Shown here in pieces: positions 29,900-38,883 of a DNA stretch of 64,000 nucleotides. The translations under genes and the position numbers were made by a program. The DNA lies in the IMG/VR virus record IMGVR_UViG_3300032073_000002, one strand, 5' to 3'. The DNA comes from an uncultured virus (IMG/VR IMGVR_UViG_3300032073_000002). Its lineage: Duplodnaviria; Heunggongvirae; Uroviricota; Caudoviricetes. The notes beneath the pieces are model-generated. The model was not told the origin of the DNA. It saw only the letters and a list, made by a program, of their open reading frames with translations, and ran no database searches. How positions within the stretch are numbered: position 1 is the stretch's first letter; each line of letters begins with the position of its first letter.

Positions 29900-31032
29900 A
29901 GTTCTACTATCCTTCCACTTTCATCACAATGTGGTGTTTTATCTTGAGGTATAAATCCACCCCACTGAAAGATTTCTCTGAACTTCCATTCAAGTTCCAT
30001 GAAGTTAAGTCCCATCTTGTGATAGTCAAGAGAATCCGTAAATCTTCTTACACATTCTTCTATGAACCACTCGTATCTTGCAAGTGTTTCTATTCTATCA
30101 GACTTTAAAGTCATTGATGAGGGATTCTCAACATAACCATATAACATGATAGGTGTTTGATACTTGTTATAAAGCTTCATACCATCCCACAGTATCCTGT
30201 GACATGTAGTCTTCTTCTCAAAACAATAACCTAACTCAGTTACATCTTTGTTTCTTGCTCCAGCCCATCCCTTTCCAAGAGAGTTTAGAATTTGGTTTGC
30301 ACCCTTACCATCTAACGGTAGAATGTTTCTGTTCTTTCCTCTCTGTCTGTAGACCTTATATAGTAAACATGAAGTTGATAGTTCTTGAATAGTACTCTCT
30401 GAACCATCGTCATTTACTTCTGTTACATCGACATAATTGACAATCTCTTCATCTGTCTTTAAACGCATACCATCATCTGTTGATGTGATTTGTTTTAAGA
30501 ATGAGATTATCTCTTCTTCGACTTCTTGATTGATTGCATTTGCATCAATCGCTTCTACTACACCTCTAATGAAGTCAATATCTTTATTAGGTTTAGATGG
30601 TAGGTTAGTATTGTTACAAACATACTTAAATGCAATGTTGTCCTTTTGGACTGGTGCATCTTCATACACATCTACTAATAGATATTCCCAACCACTTTCC
30701 GTTGCAGCTTTGTATCTGTTGAATCCACTTCTTAGAATGAAGTTTCCATCAGCAGCGACTTGTACAAATAATGGTTCTTCTGAATGTAACCAACCTCTGT
30801 ACTTGAATGAAGTTTTAATCTCAATAACATTTTGAGTGAGATTGATTTCTTCTCTCGGTTGCAATGGTTCCCCTGTAATAGGGTCAATGATGTGAATCTT
30901 ATCCTTGTGTACTACAAGTCTTTTCTTGAATTTACAAGTTTGATAAGTTTCTTTGGGTGGACATAGTTCTCGGGTGAGTTCTATATCGTAGCTCTTTTTT
31001 AAACCTGCGAACAGGTGTTGTTGTGTTGTCAT
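29896..31032 (-). CDS. hypothetical protein with a ParB/Srx-like N-terminal domain
   Basis: QPR...PLFV...ILRSGFNRYKAA resembles the ParB GxxR motif. Confidence 0.5.
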   Translation of the reverse strand: MTTQQHLFAGLKKSYDIELTRELCPPKETYQTCKFKKRLVVHKDKIHIIDPITGEPLQPREEINLTQNVIEIKTSFKYRGWLHSEEPLFVQVAADGNFILRSGFNRYKAATESGWEYLLVDVYEDAPVQKDNIAFKYVCNNTNLPSKPNKDIDFIRGVVEAIDANAINQEVEEEIISFLKQITSTDDGMRLKTDEEIVNYVDVTEVNDDGSESTIQELSTSCLLYKVYRQRGKNRNILPLDGKGANQILNSLGKGWAGARNKDVTELGYCFEKKTTCHRILWDGMKLYNKYQTPIMLYGYVENPSSMTLKSDRIETLARYEWFIEECVRRFTDSLDYHKMGLNFMELEWKFREIFQWGGFIPQDKTPHCDESGRIVEL

Positions 31033-31115
31033 TTTTACTCCTTATCCCACGGGGATATGATTTGACGTTTGATGTCCAAAAGGAAACGTTCCAGTTGATA
31101 CATTATTATTTAGGT

Positions 31116-32117
31116 CTAGAAAAAGCTGTCGAGTGAACCTTTCTCCTCATACTTTCCAGCATGTGGGCCGATAGGATTCTCAGTCTTTCCAGCTCTCCCT
31201 TTAGTTGCAACATGTTCATCACAATATGCAACACATGATAACCTTACTCCTTCACCAGTGATAGGTGATACACCATGCAATTCATTTGAATCTGCAATCA
31301 GTACGTCTCCATCATCTGCTTCAATAGCAATACCATATCTAGGGAAACATAAGTATGCACCCCCAAATTCTCCAATACGGAAGACACACATAGTTGTCAT
31401 TCCGAACTCTAAATCTTTTCCATCCAAATGTGCAGACATCTTTGCAGTCCCACCAGTTGAATATTTGTTTGCAGATAACGCTGTCATAGGAGCTCCACCG
31501 ATATGGTATTTCTCTTCTATACATTCATCTGCAAATGTTCTTTGCATATTCCATATCTCGGGAACTGCAGTCTTTAATGCTTGTTCATTTACTTGTGCAA
31601 TCTGTTGAAGGGTTTCAAACTTTTCTTTGTTTGCTTTCTTATCCATCCAACCACTTGCCTTAATCATTCCTGTGAATCTGCCACGTTTATACCCGATTAG
31701 AACTGAATGAATCTCATTTGCTTCTGCAATACGATTGAACTCACCGTTCTTCTTTAATGGATAATAACTGTTTGGAGTTCTTAGGACATAGTCTTTACCT
31801 TCGATTAATCCTTTTGCTTTCATTTCTTCGTGGTCGATAGGCCCGGCTGCATTTGCTCTCATTGTAGATGTATCATCTATAGAGAACAAAGTGTCTTTAA
31901 CTGTTCTATAAGTTTTACCTTTGTATGCTTTCTTTACTATACATGCAAGTAAAGTTTCACCCATGAGTGTACCATGAGGTTTGTATATTTTAATAGTATC
32001 ATCTTCTACACCAATGGATGAGATAACAGTGTCATAAGAATCTTCAGTAAGATACTTACCGTTCCATTTCTTAAATGTTTCTTTAAATCCTAAGTCTTTT
32101 GTTGCAGTGAATTCCAT
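31116..32117 (-). CDS. TET/JBP-like 2OG-Fe(II) dioxygenase
   Basis: SAHLDGKD (HxD), LHGVSP (H), RLSCVAY (Rx5a); overlaps the C5-MTase gene. Confidence 0.75.
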   Translation of the reverse strand: MEFTATKDLGFKETFKKWNGKYLTEDSYDTVISSIGVEDDTIKIYKPHGTLMGETLLACIVKKAYKGKTYRTVKDTLFSIDDTSTMRANAAGPIDHEEMKAKGLIEGKDYVLRTPNSYYPLKKNGEFNRIAEANEIHSVLIGYKRGRFTGMIKASGWMDKKANKEKFETLQQIAQVNEQALKTAVPEIWNMQRTFADECIEEKYHIGGAPMTALSANKYSTGGTAKMSAHLDGKDLEFGMTTMCVFRIGEFGGAYLCFPRYGIAIEADDGDVLIADSNELHGVSPITGEGVRLSCVAYCDEHVATKGRAGKTENPIGPHAGKYEEKGSLDSFF

Positions 32118-33364
32118 GGTTCTAATATTTGTCCTTTAATGTTTTCGACTAGGTAATACATACATAATGGTGCAACCATCAATCCTATTCTTGCACCTTT
32201 ATCATTGTAGTCACCAGTCATTTTATAATCATTTGGTAGAGTCATTAATCTCACCATTTCTTTTGGTGTGTAAATTCTTCTACCACTGTGATGGAAATGA
32301 TTACCACCCATAAACTTGGGTTGACATCCCTGTTCAGTTAATGAATGGGCTGGTAAATGTTTAGGAACTATTCTTGACATGTAGTAAGAATGTTTCTCGT
32401 CTTCGGGTTGTATGTGTCCGTTTCTAATCTGTTCTTGGAACCAAGGTTTAACAATGTGGTCTCCAATAGAAACATATGCTTGATTGTCTCTCTCATGTAG
32501 TATAGGTGTAACTCCACCACATGGGCCACAATCCTTGAACTTCTCATCGGGATGTTGTTCAAAACCATTTACCCAATGTCCTTTTGATGAATCGTCCATT
32601 GCAGTTTCTAGATAAGCTGCATCCTTCATATTCTCTTCATCGGTTTCTAAATCTTGAATTGCATCTTCAATGGATGCAAATTCTTTAACTGGGTCGGGGA
32701 AGACTGAAGACATACACATCCAAGGCATTCCAATACCTTCTAGTACATCATCACGTACACCAACCATGAATACTCTTTCTCTCTTCTGAGGTACACCATG
32801 CTGATGTCCCTTCATGATTTTCCAAGTCACTGAGTATCCTAGTGCTTCGAAATCATTTACCATCTTGTTTAGATGGTCTCTTGCATAGTCCATCGAGAGA
32901 CCTTTCACGTTCTCACATACTATAACTTTAGGCATTAACCCTTCAGCAATCCTAATCATTTCCCATGTTAGGTCTTCGATGTTCTGTTGCTTCATACCAT
33001 ATGCCATCTTCTCTTGATTCCATCCTTCTTTCTTGGAACCTGCCATAGAAAATGGTGGACAAGGTGGTGACCCATCCATGATATCTAATTCATATTTTTT
33101 AAGTCCAGTCAGCTCCATGATTCCTTCTGCAGTGACTTCTTTAATGTCTCTACATTCATGAACTGTATTGGGGAAATTTTCTAGGTAGGTGTCAACATGA
33201 ATCTGTTGGAACTCGTTCATGTATCGAACGTCACCACCTGCGAGTTTGTAACCACATGAAGAACCCCCACCACCAGCAAAGAAAGTAATGTAATTAAACT
33301 GTTTACTTTCACTGTTACGATGAAGGTCTTCTAGGTTGTATTGAAAATATTTATTACTCATCAT
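32090..33364 (-). CDS. DNA cytosine-5 methyltransferase
   Basis: FAGGGG (I), GSPPC (IV), ENV (VI), QKRER (VIII). Confidence 0.92.
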   Translation of the reverse strand: MMSNKYFQYNLEDLHRNSESKQFNYITFFAGGGGSSCGYKLAGGDVRYMNEFQQIHVDTYLENFPNTVHECRDIKEVTAEGIMELTGLKKYELDIMDGSPPCPPFSMAGSKKEGWNQEKMAYGMKQQNIEDLTWEMIRIAEGLMPKVIVCENVKGLSMDYARDHLNKMVNDFEALGYSVTWKIMKGHQHGVPQKRERVFMVGVRDDVLEGIGMPWMCMSSVFPDPVKEFASIEDAIQDLETDEENMKDAAYLETAMDDSSKGHWVNGFEQHPDEKFKDCGPCGGVTPILHERDNQAYVSIGDHIVKPWFQEQIRNGHIQPEDEKHSYYMSRIVPKHLPAHSLTEQGCQPKFMGGNHFHHSGRRIYTPKEMVRLMTLPNDYKMTGDYNDKGARIGLMVAPLCMYYLVENIKGQILEPWNSLQQKT

Positions 33365-33370
33365 GACTCC

Positions 33371-33400
33371 ATTATACAGTATTTAGCACAATGCTGTCAA
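33371..33400 (-). promoter_or_regulatory. sigma70-type promoter for the MTase operon
   Basis: CCTTGACA-N18-TATAAT. Confidence 0.7.
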
Positions 33401-33408
33401 GGCGGTTT

Positions 33409-33936
33409 CTAAAGATTTTCTAATAGATTTTCTGGGCTTGAGAATTCGTAGGGGTCGGACTCTGCATTGTCTTGATAACCATCTTCGATAAATGCTTTTT
33501 CAATTACACCATCATTAACAACTATTGCATATCTCCAAGACCTATATCCAAAACCAAGATTTGATTTAGAACATTCTGCACCAATCAAGTGAGTGAACTC
33601 ACCGTTACCATCGGGAAGAGGGTAAACGTTTTTGATACCTAATGATTCGAACCATGAGTTCATTACGAATGTATCGTTAACTGATACACAGTAAATCTCA
33701 TCAATACCTTTTTCTTGGAACTTCTCAAAGTTCTCATCAAAGCCAGGCAGTTGTTGAGTTGAACATGTTGGTGTGAATGCGCCAGGCAAACCAAATACAA
33801 TTACTCTTTTACCAGCAAACTGTTGTTGTGTGTCTAGTGTTACGAATTCACCACCGACTCTCTGTGGTAGGATTACTTCGGGTACTCTAGTTTCCCCTTC
33901 GATAATTTCTAATCCCATTATTCTTTCATCTGTCAT
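33409..33936 (-). CDS. peroxiredoxin (Prx5/redoxin type); start probably MTDER
   Basis: LPGAFTPTCS, SVNDTFVM, DGNGEFT, RSWRYA. Confidence 0.92.
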   Translation of the reverse strand: MTDERIMGLEIIEGETRVPEVILPQRVGGEFVTLDTQQQFAGKRVIVFGLPGAFTPTCSTQQLPGFDENFEKFQEKGIDEIYCVSVNDTFVMNSWFESLGIKNVYPLPDGNGEFTHLIGAECSKSNLGFGYRSWRYAIVVNDGVIEKAFIEDGYQDNAESDPYEFSSPENLLENL

Positions 33937-34000
33937 ATCTAATCTCCATAATAGTAGATACACCCATTATAGTACAAATGGGTGCATCTGTATATAGGCT

Positions 34001-34420
34001 TTATGAGATTTTAATTTCTAGAGGTTTATCTTCCTCGGGAATTTCTCTCACTAATTGAATAGATAAAATACCATTCTCAATATGTGCTGAATCAATTACA
34101 ATATCATCTGCAAGTGTGAATGACCTTTTGAAAGAACGAGTTGCAAGAGATTTGTGTACAAATTCTCTTTCATCTTTTTCTTCTTTCTTACCTTCAATGA
34201 TAAGTTGGTTCTTCTCTTTAGTAAGAGAGATTTCCTTCTTGTCAAATCCAGCAACCCCTAACTCCACGCTGAAATCTTCATCACTGTGTTTCACAATGTT
34301 GTAAGGTGGGTAGTTTGTTGAATCGTGCAAGTGTTCTGCACGGTTTAATAGTTGAACGGTTCTGTCGAACCCTATTGCGAATGGGAATGATTTCCCGAAT
34401 ACGTCATCGTATATAGTCAT
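34001..34420 (-). CDS. hsp20: small heat shock protein
   Basis: NYPPYNI, AGF, RSFKRSFTLAD, ENGILSI. Confidence 0.93.
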   Translation of the reverse strand: MTIYDDVFGKSFPFAIGFDRTVQLLNRAEHLHDSTNYPPYNIVKHSDEDFSVELGVAGFDKKEISLTKEKNQLIIEGKKEEKDEREFVHKSLATRSFKRSFTLADDIVIDSAHIENGILSIQLVREIPEEDKPLEIKIS

Positions 34421-34452
34421 AGCTTTCTCCTTTATTAAGCAAGTTTATAATG

Positions 34453-34580
34453 TGCAACCTCTAATGAGCATTGCATTAATGTTCGAGAACCGAGCTCTTT
34501 TGAAGAAATGGGGTCACTTGATGTCGGCGTTGCCCAATCCAAGTTCCAAATCCGAGCTCTTTTTAAGTTCTCTTACAATG
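34453..34580 (-). ncRNA. candidate structured leader RNA upstream of hsp20
   Basis: GAGAAC/GTTCTC and GAGCTC/GAGCTC nested stems plus a TGCAA/TTGCA hairpin, downstream of TATAAATA at 34582-34589. Confidence 0.4.
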
Positions 34581-34626
34581 GTATTTATAACACCATACTA
34601 CTATTATAAGGACTTTTTCTAAAATT

Positions 34627-35241
34627 TCAAGACCTTTTTGAACAATTTCTTTCTGCACCATGCCAGACATTATAGTTATTACCTACAACTAATGCCATTA
34701 AAAGATTTATATTATCCATAGTTTGTGGAGTTAGAGACTCTCGTTTTATATCAGATTCGATTGCAGGCAAGAGAACGATTGTTTTAACAAGAAACATTTG
34801 TGGTACTGATGGTTGTTCACCAATAATCGGATTCATTTCATAAACACAATTGTATTTAAGTCCACGATAAGTTGTATAGATATCTGCAAGTTGTAATGTG
34901 AGAAATGTAGCCCACTGCTTAGTTGAGATTGGTTCAGATGGTGTAAACTGTGACTGGAACTGATTTTCCTTTAACTGTAATTCTATCAACTTCTGAGAAT
35001 GCTCTAGATGGACACTGTCTATATGTTGCTTCGCCCAACAACACGTCCACCCCATCATAATTTCGTGTTTGGCTTTCGAGTCTAGCTCCGAGGTTAACTG
35101 CATCTCCAATGACGGAATAGTCAAATCTAAGTTCTGACCCCATGTTTCCAACGATGCACTCCCCAGTATTAATACCAATGCCGACATTGATAGGCGGGAG
35201 ATTAAGTGGTTTAAGTTCTTCATTGAGTTCCTTGGTTGCAA
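34627..35241 (-). CDS. membrane protein overlapping the 3' end of the cyclase gene (start uncertain)
   Basis: LQLADIYTT..GL....EMNP pattern with hydrophobic segments; last gene of the operon. Confidence 0.55.
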   Translation of the reverse strand: MQPRNSMKNLNHLISRLSMSALVLILGSASLETWGQNLDLTIPSLEMQLTSELDSKAKHEIMMGWTCCWAKQHIDSVHLEHSQKLIELQLKENQFQSQFTPSEPISTKQWATFLTLQLADIYTTYRGLKYNCVYEMNPIIGEQPSVPQMFLVKTIVLLPAIESDIKRESLTPQTMDNINLLMALVVGNNYNVWHGAERNCSKRS

Positions 35242-36775
35242 TTAATATTTCTTCTGCAGACTTCACTGCCATCTCGGCATGGTCGGGACAATCCATGGGA
35301 GCATTCCAAAAACTCATAATACAGTCGCCCATGTATTTATCTATAGTTCCACCATTATTTAGAATAATTTTTGTCTGTAAGTCTAGGAATTTATTAATTA
35401 ATTCAACTAATCCTTCGGGGTCATCATTCTTCATGAACGCTTCGCTTATGGGGGTGAACCCACATATGTCCATAAACATGAAGGTCATCTCCCTTCTATC
35501 TCCACCAAGTTTCAATTTTTCGGGATGTTTTTGAAGCTCTTCAATCATGTCGGGTGATAAATACTTTTGGAACTGCTTCTTGATTTGTTGCTTTTCTTGG
35601 AAAGTTACATAGTATTTGTTAAATGATGCATGTCCAAAAACAACTAAGGAGGCCAACGATGAAAAGAAGGTATCGAAAAGAACGAGCTCTGAAGTCCAAA
35701 TATAATAACTCCCGCCAATCTGGCATACTACAAGCAATAGACTCCCTACCCCCGAAAGAAGTGTGGGAGCTTTGTAGACCAAACCCAATATCATTAGTAG
35801 GACTATCAGAAGAAGAACAGACTCTAAGGATTCAAGATAGTAGGATTGTTGTATTTGAACTCCTGTCAAAACGGTTTGGAGCAGGTTCGCTTGCACTTCA
35901 TGGGGATACATTACTCCCATTGGGGTTGAAACTGGATTATTCAAACCCTCTGCAGTCAGACCCCACACGAGAATCTTATTTTCGAAATTAGATTCGGGTA
36001 AATCTACAGCAGAAATTCTATGGAATTTATTCCAGTAGGATACCATTACATCACTGGTTGGAGTGGTGGTTATCGGTTTGTCTCTTCCCATCCGTACCCA
36101 CTCTACACCAGTTTCGGGTGTAATCTTTGTCTGATAACTAGGTTCACCTTTAAGAGCTCTTAAAGCTTCTAACATTAGTGATGGGTATACTTCATCGTTT
36201 GCCGTAACCAATAGGGGTACAGACCGCGTAGTACCATCAAAATTTGGTGTTCCAGTGACAGCTGGAGTAGCCGTCACAACTCCAACCCCATAAGTATTTT
36301 CCATCAGTATTGAGATGGGTGAGACGATTCCATCGAAGTTCCAAAGAAAATCTTTTGGATTACCACCACCAAATGTTGAATTACCTACAAATGGTGCAGA
36401 ACCTTTTTGAATTTGTGATGTTGGAGCAGCTCCAAGGATTGTGAGACGGTTGACTAATCCCTCTGCAAATATCGGGTCTTGAGTTGGGTCTCTGTCGGGT
36501 TTAGAAAATAGCATACCAAAAATATGAGTATTGCTATAATGGGTATCAAGAAGAAGGTCACGGTAAATACCACGACGTATAGGATATTGTCCAAAAGTTT
36601 CAAGAGACTTCTCGTCGATGTCGACAAGAACGATGTCATCCACATAAAATTCTCCTTGTTGTTGATGTAAGTAATCGAACCATGTCCAAGAGATATTCTC
36701 TATGAAGTATGGGTTCCAAATCTTAAGTGTAAATAGTAAACCTATTGTTACTAATACTGTCTTCCAGCTGTACAC
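34934..36775 (-). CDS. CHASE2-domain class III adenylate/guanylate cyclase (GTG start at 36775 likely)
   Basis: N-terminal TM; CHASE2 motifs IVLVDIDEKSL..FGQYP and GVMYPHEVQAN; three TMs; FMDICGFT, DKYMGD, GIGINTG, IGDAVNLGARLE. Confidence 0.9.
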   Translation of the reverse strand: MYSWKTVLVTIGLLFTLKIWNPYFIENISWTWFDYLHQQQGEFYVDDIVLVDIDEKSLETFGQYPIRRGIYRDLLLDTHYSNTHIFGMLFSKPDRDPTQDPIFAEGLVNRLTILGAAPTSQIQKGSAPFVGNSTFGGGNPKDFLWNFDGIVSPISILMENTYGVGVVTATPAVTGTPNFDGTTRSVPLLVTANDEVYPSLMLEALRALKGEPSYQTKITPETGVEWVRMGRDKPITTTPTSDVMVSYWNKFHRISAVDLPESNFENKILVWGLTAEGLNNPVSTPMGVMYPHEVQANLLQTVLTGVQIQQSYYLESLESVLLLIVLLMILGLVYKAPTLLSGVGSLLLVVCQIGGSYYIWTSELVLFDTFFSSLASLVVFGHASFNKYYVTFQEKQQIKKQFQKYLSPDMIEELQKHPEKLKLGGDRREMTFMFMDICGFTPISEAFMKNDDPEGLVELINKFLDLQTKIILNNGGTIDKYMGDCIMSFWNAPMDCPDHAEMAVKSAEEILIATKELNEELKPLNLPPINVGIGINTGECIVGNMGSELRFDYSVIGDAVNLGARLESQTRNYDGVDVLLGEATYRQCPSRAFSEVDRITVKGKSVPVTVYTI

Positions 36776-36939
36776 TACTGAATCCAGCAGACGGGATAAA
36801 CACACCAGTAAGGATTAGCAAATCCTAACATCCATAATATAAAAATCCACAATGGGATTTGTATCCATGTTTTCCCCTTTGACCACTCTCTGAATTGGAT
36901 GGCATATGGAACCATCTTGTTAAATAACCACTGTTTCAT
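36775..36939 (-). CDS. small Trp-rich membrane protein (54 aa; not in ORF track)
   Basis: MKQWLFNKMVPYAIQFREWSKGKTWIQIPLWIFILWMLGFANPYWCVYPVCWIQ; stop overlaps the cyclase GTG. Confidence 0.6.
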   Translation of the reverse strand: MKQWLFNKMVPYAIQFREWSKGKTWIQIPLWIFILWMLGFANPYWCVYPVCWIQ

Positions 36940-37581
36940 TTAGTCACTCTGTGTAATACTTATTGTACATCCACCAGCAGTTACACAATTTTGTGTAAGA
37001 TTGTATGACTTTGCTGTAGAACCAGTCTGAGTTAGATTCAAGTCTGTTTTATATGAACCTTGTAATCTGATTTGAGAGTTATGATTTGCACTCCCTGTTT
37101 GAGATATGTTAGTATCAGAACCATCTGTATTACCATAAAAATATGTATGGTTGTAGTGACTTCCACTACCCGATTGATGTAAATCATGGTCTACACTATC
37201 TGCATGAATGTCTAGGTTGTGTGTATGTGTACCACTCTGATATACATTTACTGTATTACTATTACCCCATATGTGTCTACCATATGTTGCACCACCTAGT
37301 TGTTGAACTGATTCTGTATTGTTTGTTCCATCTACATCACCACCCCAACTTTTTCCAGAGCCCCAATAGGATACCCAAGAAATAGAATTACCACTTCCTT
37401 GTTGTGATAAGTTGAAGGTATTGTTTGCGTGTGCAAATGTGAAGTTGATTGTGTTATCAAAACCAACTTGGGATATGTTAAGGTCTGTCCCATCACCGCT
37501 TGCAACCTGTTCGACATGGACGTGGTTGTCCCCAGCCCATGCTACAGGTGTCAATAAAATTAATAATAAAATTCTTTTCAT
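36940..37581 (-). CDS. secreted curlin-like repeat protein, His-rich (CsgA/CsgB-like)
   Basis: Signal peptide MKRILLLILLTPVAWA; repeated Q-x-G-x-x-N/H units. Confidence 0.75.
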   Translation of the reverse strand: MKRILLLILLTPVAWAGDNHVHVEQVASGDGTDLNISQVGFDNTINFTFAHANNTFNLSQQGSGNSISWVSYWGSGKSWGGDVDGTNNTESVQQLGGATYGRHIWGNSNTVNVYQSGTHTHNLDIHADSVDHDLHQSGSGSHYNHTYFYGNTDGSDTNISQTGSANHNSQIRLQGSYKTDLNLTQTGSTAKSYNLTQNCVTAGGCTISITQSD

Positions 37582-37588
37582 ATTCTTT

Positions 37589-37735
37589 TTAGAATAACCA
37601 TTGAAATAATAAACATAAGACAACTCCCTCACCGAATGCCAACCACATCATGTGGTAGTCATCTAGTCTCATTGCTTCTTGAAATCCAAAGATTTGTTTT
37701 TCATGCCATGAGCGGAACTTTTCTATGATATTCAT
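37589..37735 (-). CDS. small membrane protein (48 aa; not in ORF track)
   Basis: MNIIEKFRSWHEKQIFGFQEAMRLDDYHMMWLAFGEGVVLCLLFQWLF; AGGAG RBS. Confidence 0.6.
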   Translation of the reverse strand: MNIIEKFRSWHEKQIFGFQEAMRLDDYHMMWLAFGEGVVLCLLFQWLF

Positions 37736-37743
37736 ATATTCTC

Positions 37744-38883
37744 CTAGTTTGTTTGTGTGATGGTGATATTTAGAGACGAACCATCACCCACCCTTATTAG
37801 TGACTCCTTTTCGTCTGTTACAGTTCTAATATTTGCTTGAGCATATATAGGGAGTCTAATAGAAATAATTCCATTCACTTCCCTGTAGAACCATATCTGA
37901 CCAAGACCCTTGTCTACAATTGTATTGTATTGAGTGTCTTTATCAAAGCCTGGCAGAGTTCCGTCAATACGAACCACTCCGAAGGCATTAGATACTTCTC
38001 TATCAATACCAACCTTACGGTCAATATCCAAGACAACATCTAGTAAATCCTGTAGGAAATCGACATCTAATAAATCTCTGTCGAGTTCCGTGTATTCTAA
38101 TTCATCATCCTCAAAGTAATTTTCTTCTAGGTCATTGAACTCTAAGAAATCTACATCAAGAACATTGTTACTATCATTCTCGTTACTTCTTTGTTCTTCT
38201 GCAACTTGTTCATTCACCTCGTCGGGTGGACTGACAATGAATAAGTTGTCAATTAAACTGGGTGTAATCCCATTAACCACTACTGGTTTAGTTGGTGATG
38301 AGTCATATGTAGAAACCATAGTTGCTTGATAGGCCTCATCTAATAATACTTCACCGCCTGCATTACTAACTAAAATACTTCCCGAAGGAGCTCCCCATTT
38401 ATCAGGCAGCAATATAACAAGTGACCTTCCGATTTCATCAATACTTGTAGTGAAGTCGGTGCCGTTGACTGTTATCTGTGCAGTCGGGGTAGTTATATTT
38501 ATGTTAGCTTTCTTAATTTTTCCACCAAAACCCGAAGCAAATCGGGCGGTGCCTTGTGCCATTCTTATGGCCATTTTGGACTTGGATGGGTCGGGGTCAT
38601 AATAAACCTCGTCTATCCAAACCTTGGTATGTTCTGTTAAATCCAACTCTTCAGTTCCTTTGAACTGGATTTTCATTCTACCGTTTACGGTTTGTGCTGT
38701 ATCATACATCAGCACATCGGGTAACTCGGATGCAGAGAGAATGGTTTCTGAACCGTCTCTCTGTAAACCCGCGTATCCTTTCTGTTCGACTATTTCACCA
38801 ATTGGTTCAGCTGCAATTGCAAGTGAACCAATCAGAAGAAAATTAATCGTTATCGTCTTTTTGAACGATGTCAATATTTGCAT
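37744..38883 (-). CDS. secreted FecR-domain protein
   Basis: Signal-like N-terminus; D...T..GRMKIQF, LTEHTKVWID, GTARFASG, ITTPTAQITVNGTDF. Confidence 0.8.
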   Translation of the reverse strand: MQILTSFKKTITINFLLIGSLAIAAEPIGEIVEQKGYAGLQRDGSETILSASELPDVLMYDTAQTVNGRMKIQFKGTEELDLTEHTKVWIDEVYYDPDPSKSKMAIRMAQGTARFASGFGGKIKKANINITTPTAQITVNGTDFTTSIDEIGRSLVILLPDKWGAPSGSILVSNAGGEVLLDEAYQATMVSTYDSSPTKPVVVNGITPSLIDNLFIVSPPDEVNEQVAEEQRSNENDSNNVLDVDFLEFNDLEENYFEDDELEYTELDRDLLDVDFLQDLLDVVLDIDRKVGIDREVSNAFGVVRIDGTLPGFDKDTQYNTIVDKGLGQIWFYREVNGIISIRLPIYAQANIRTVTDEKESLIRVGDGSSLNITITQTN

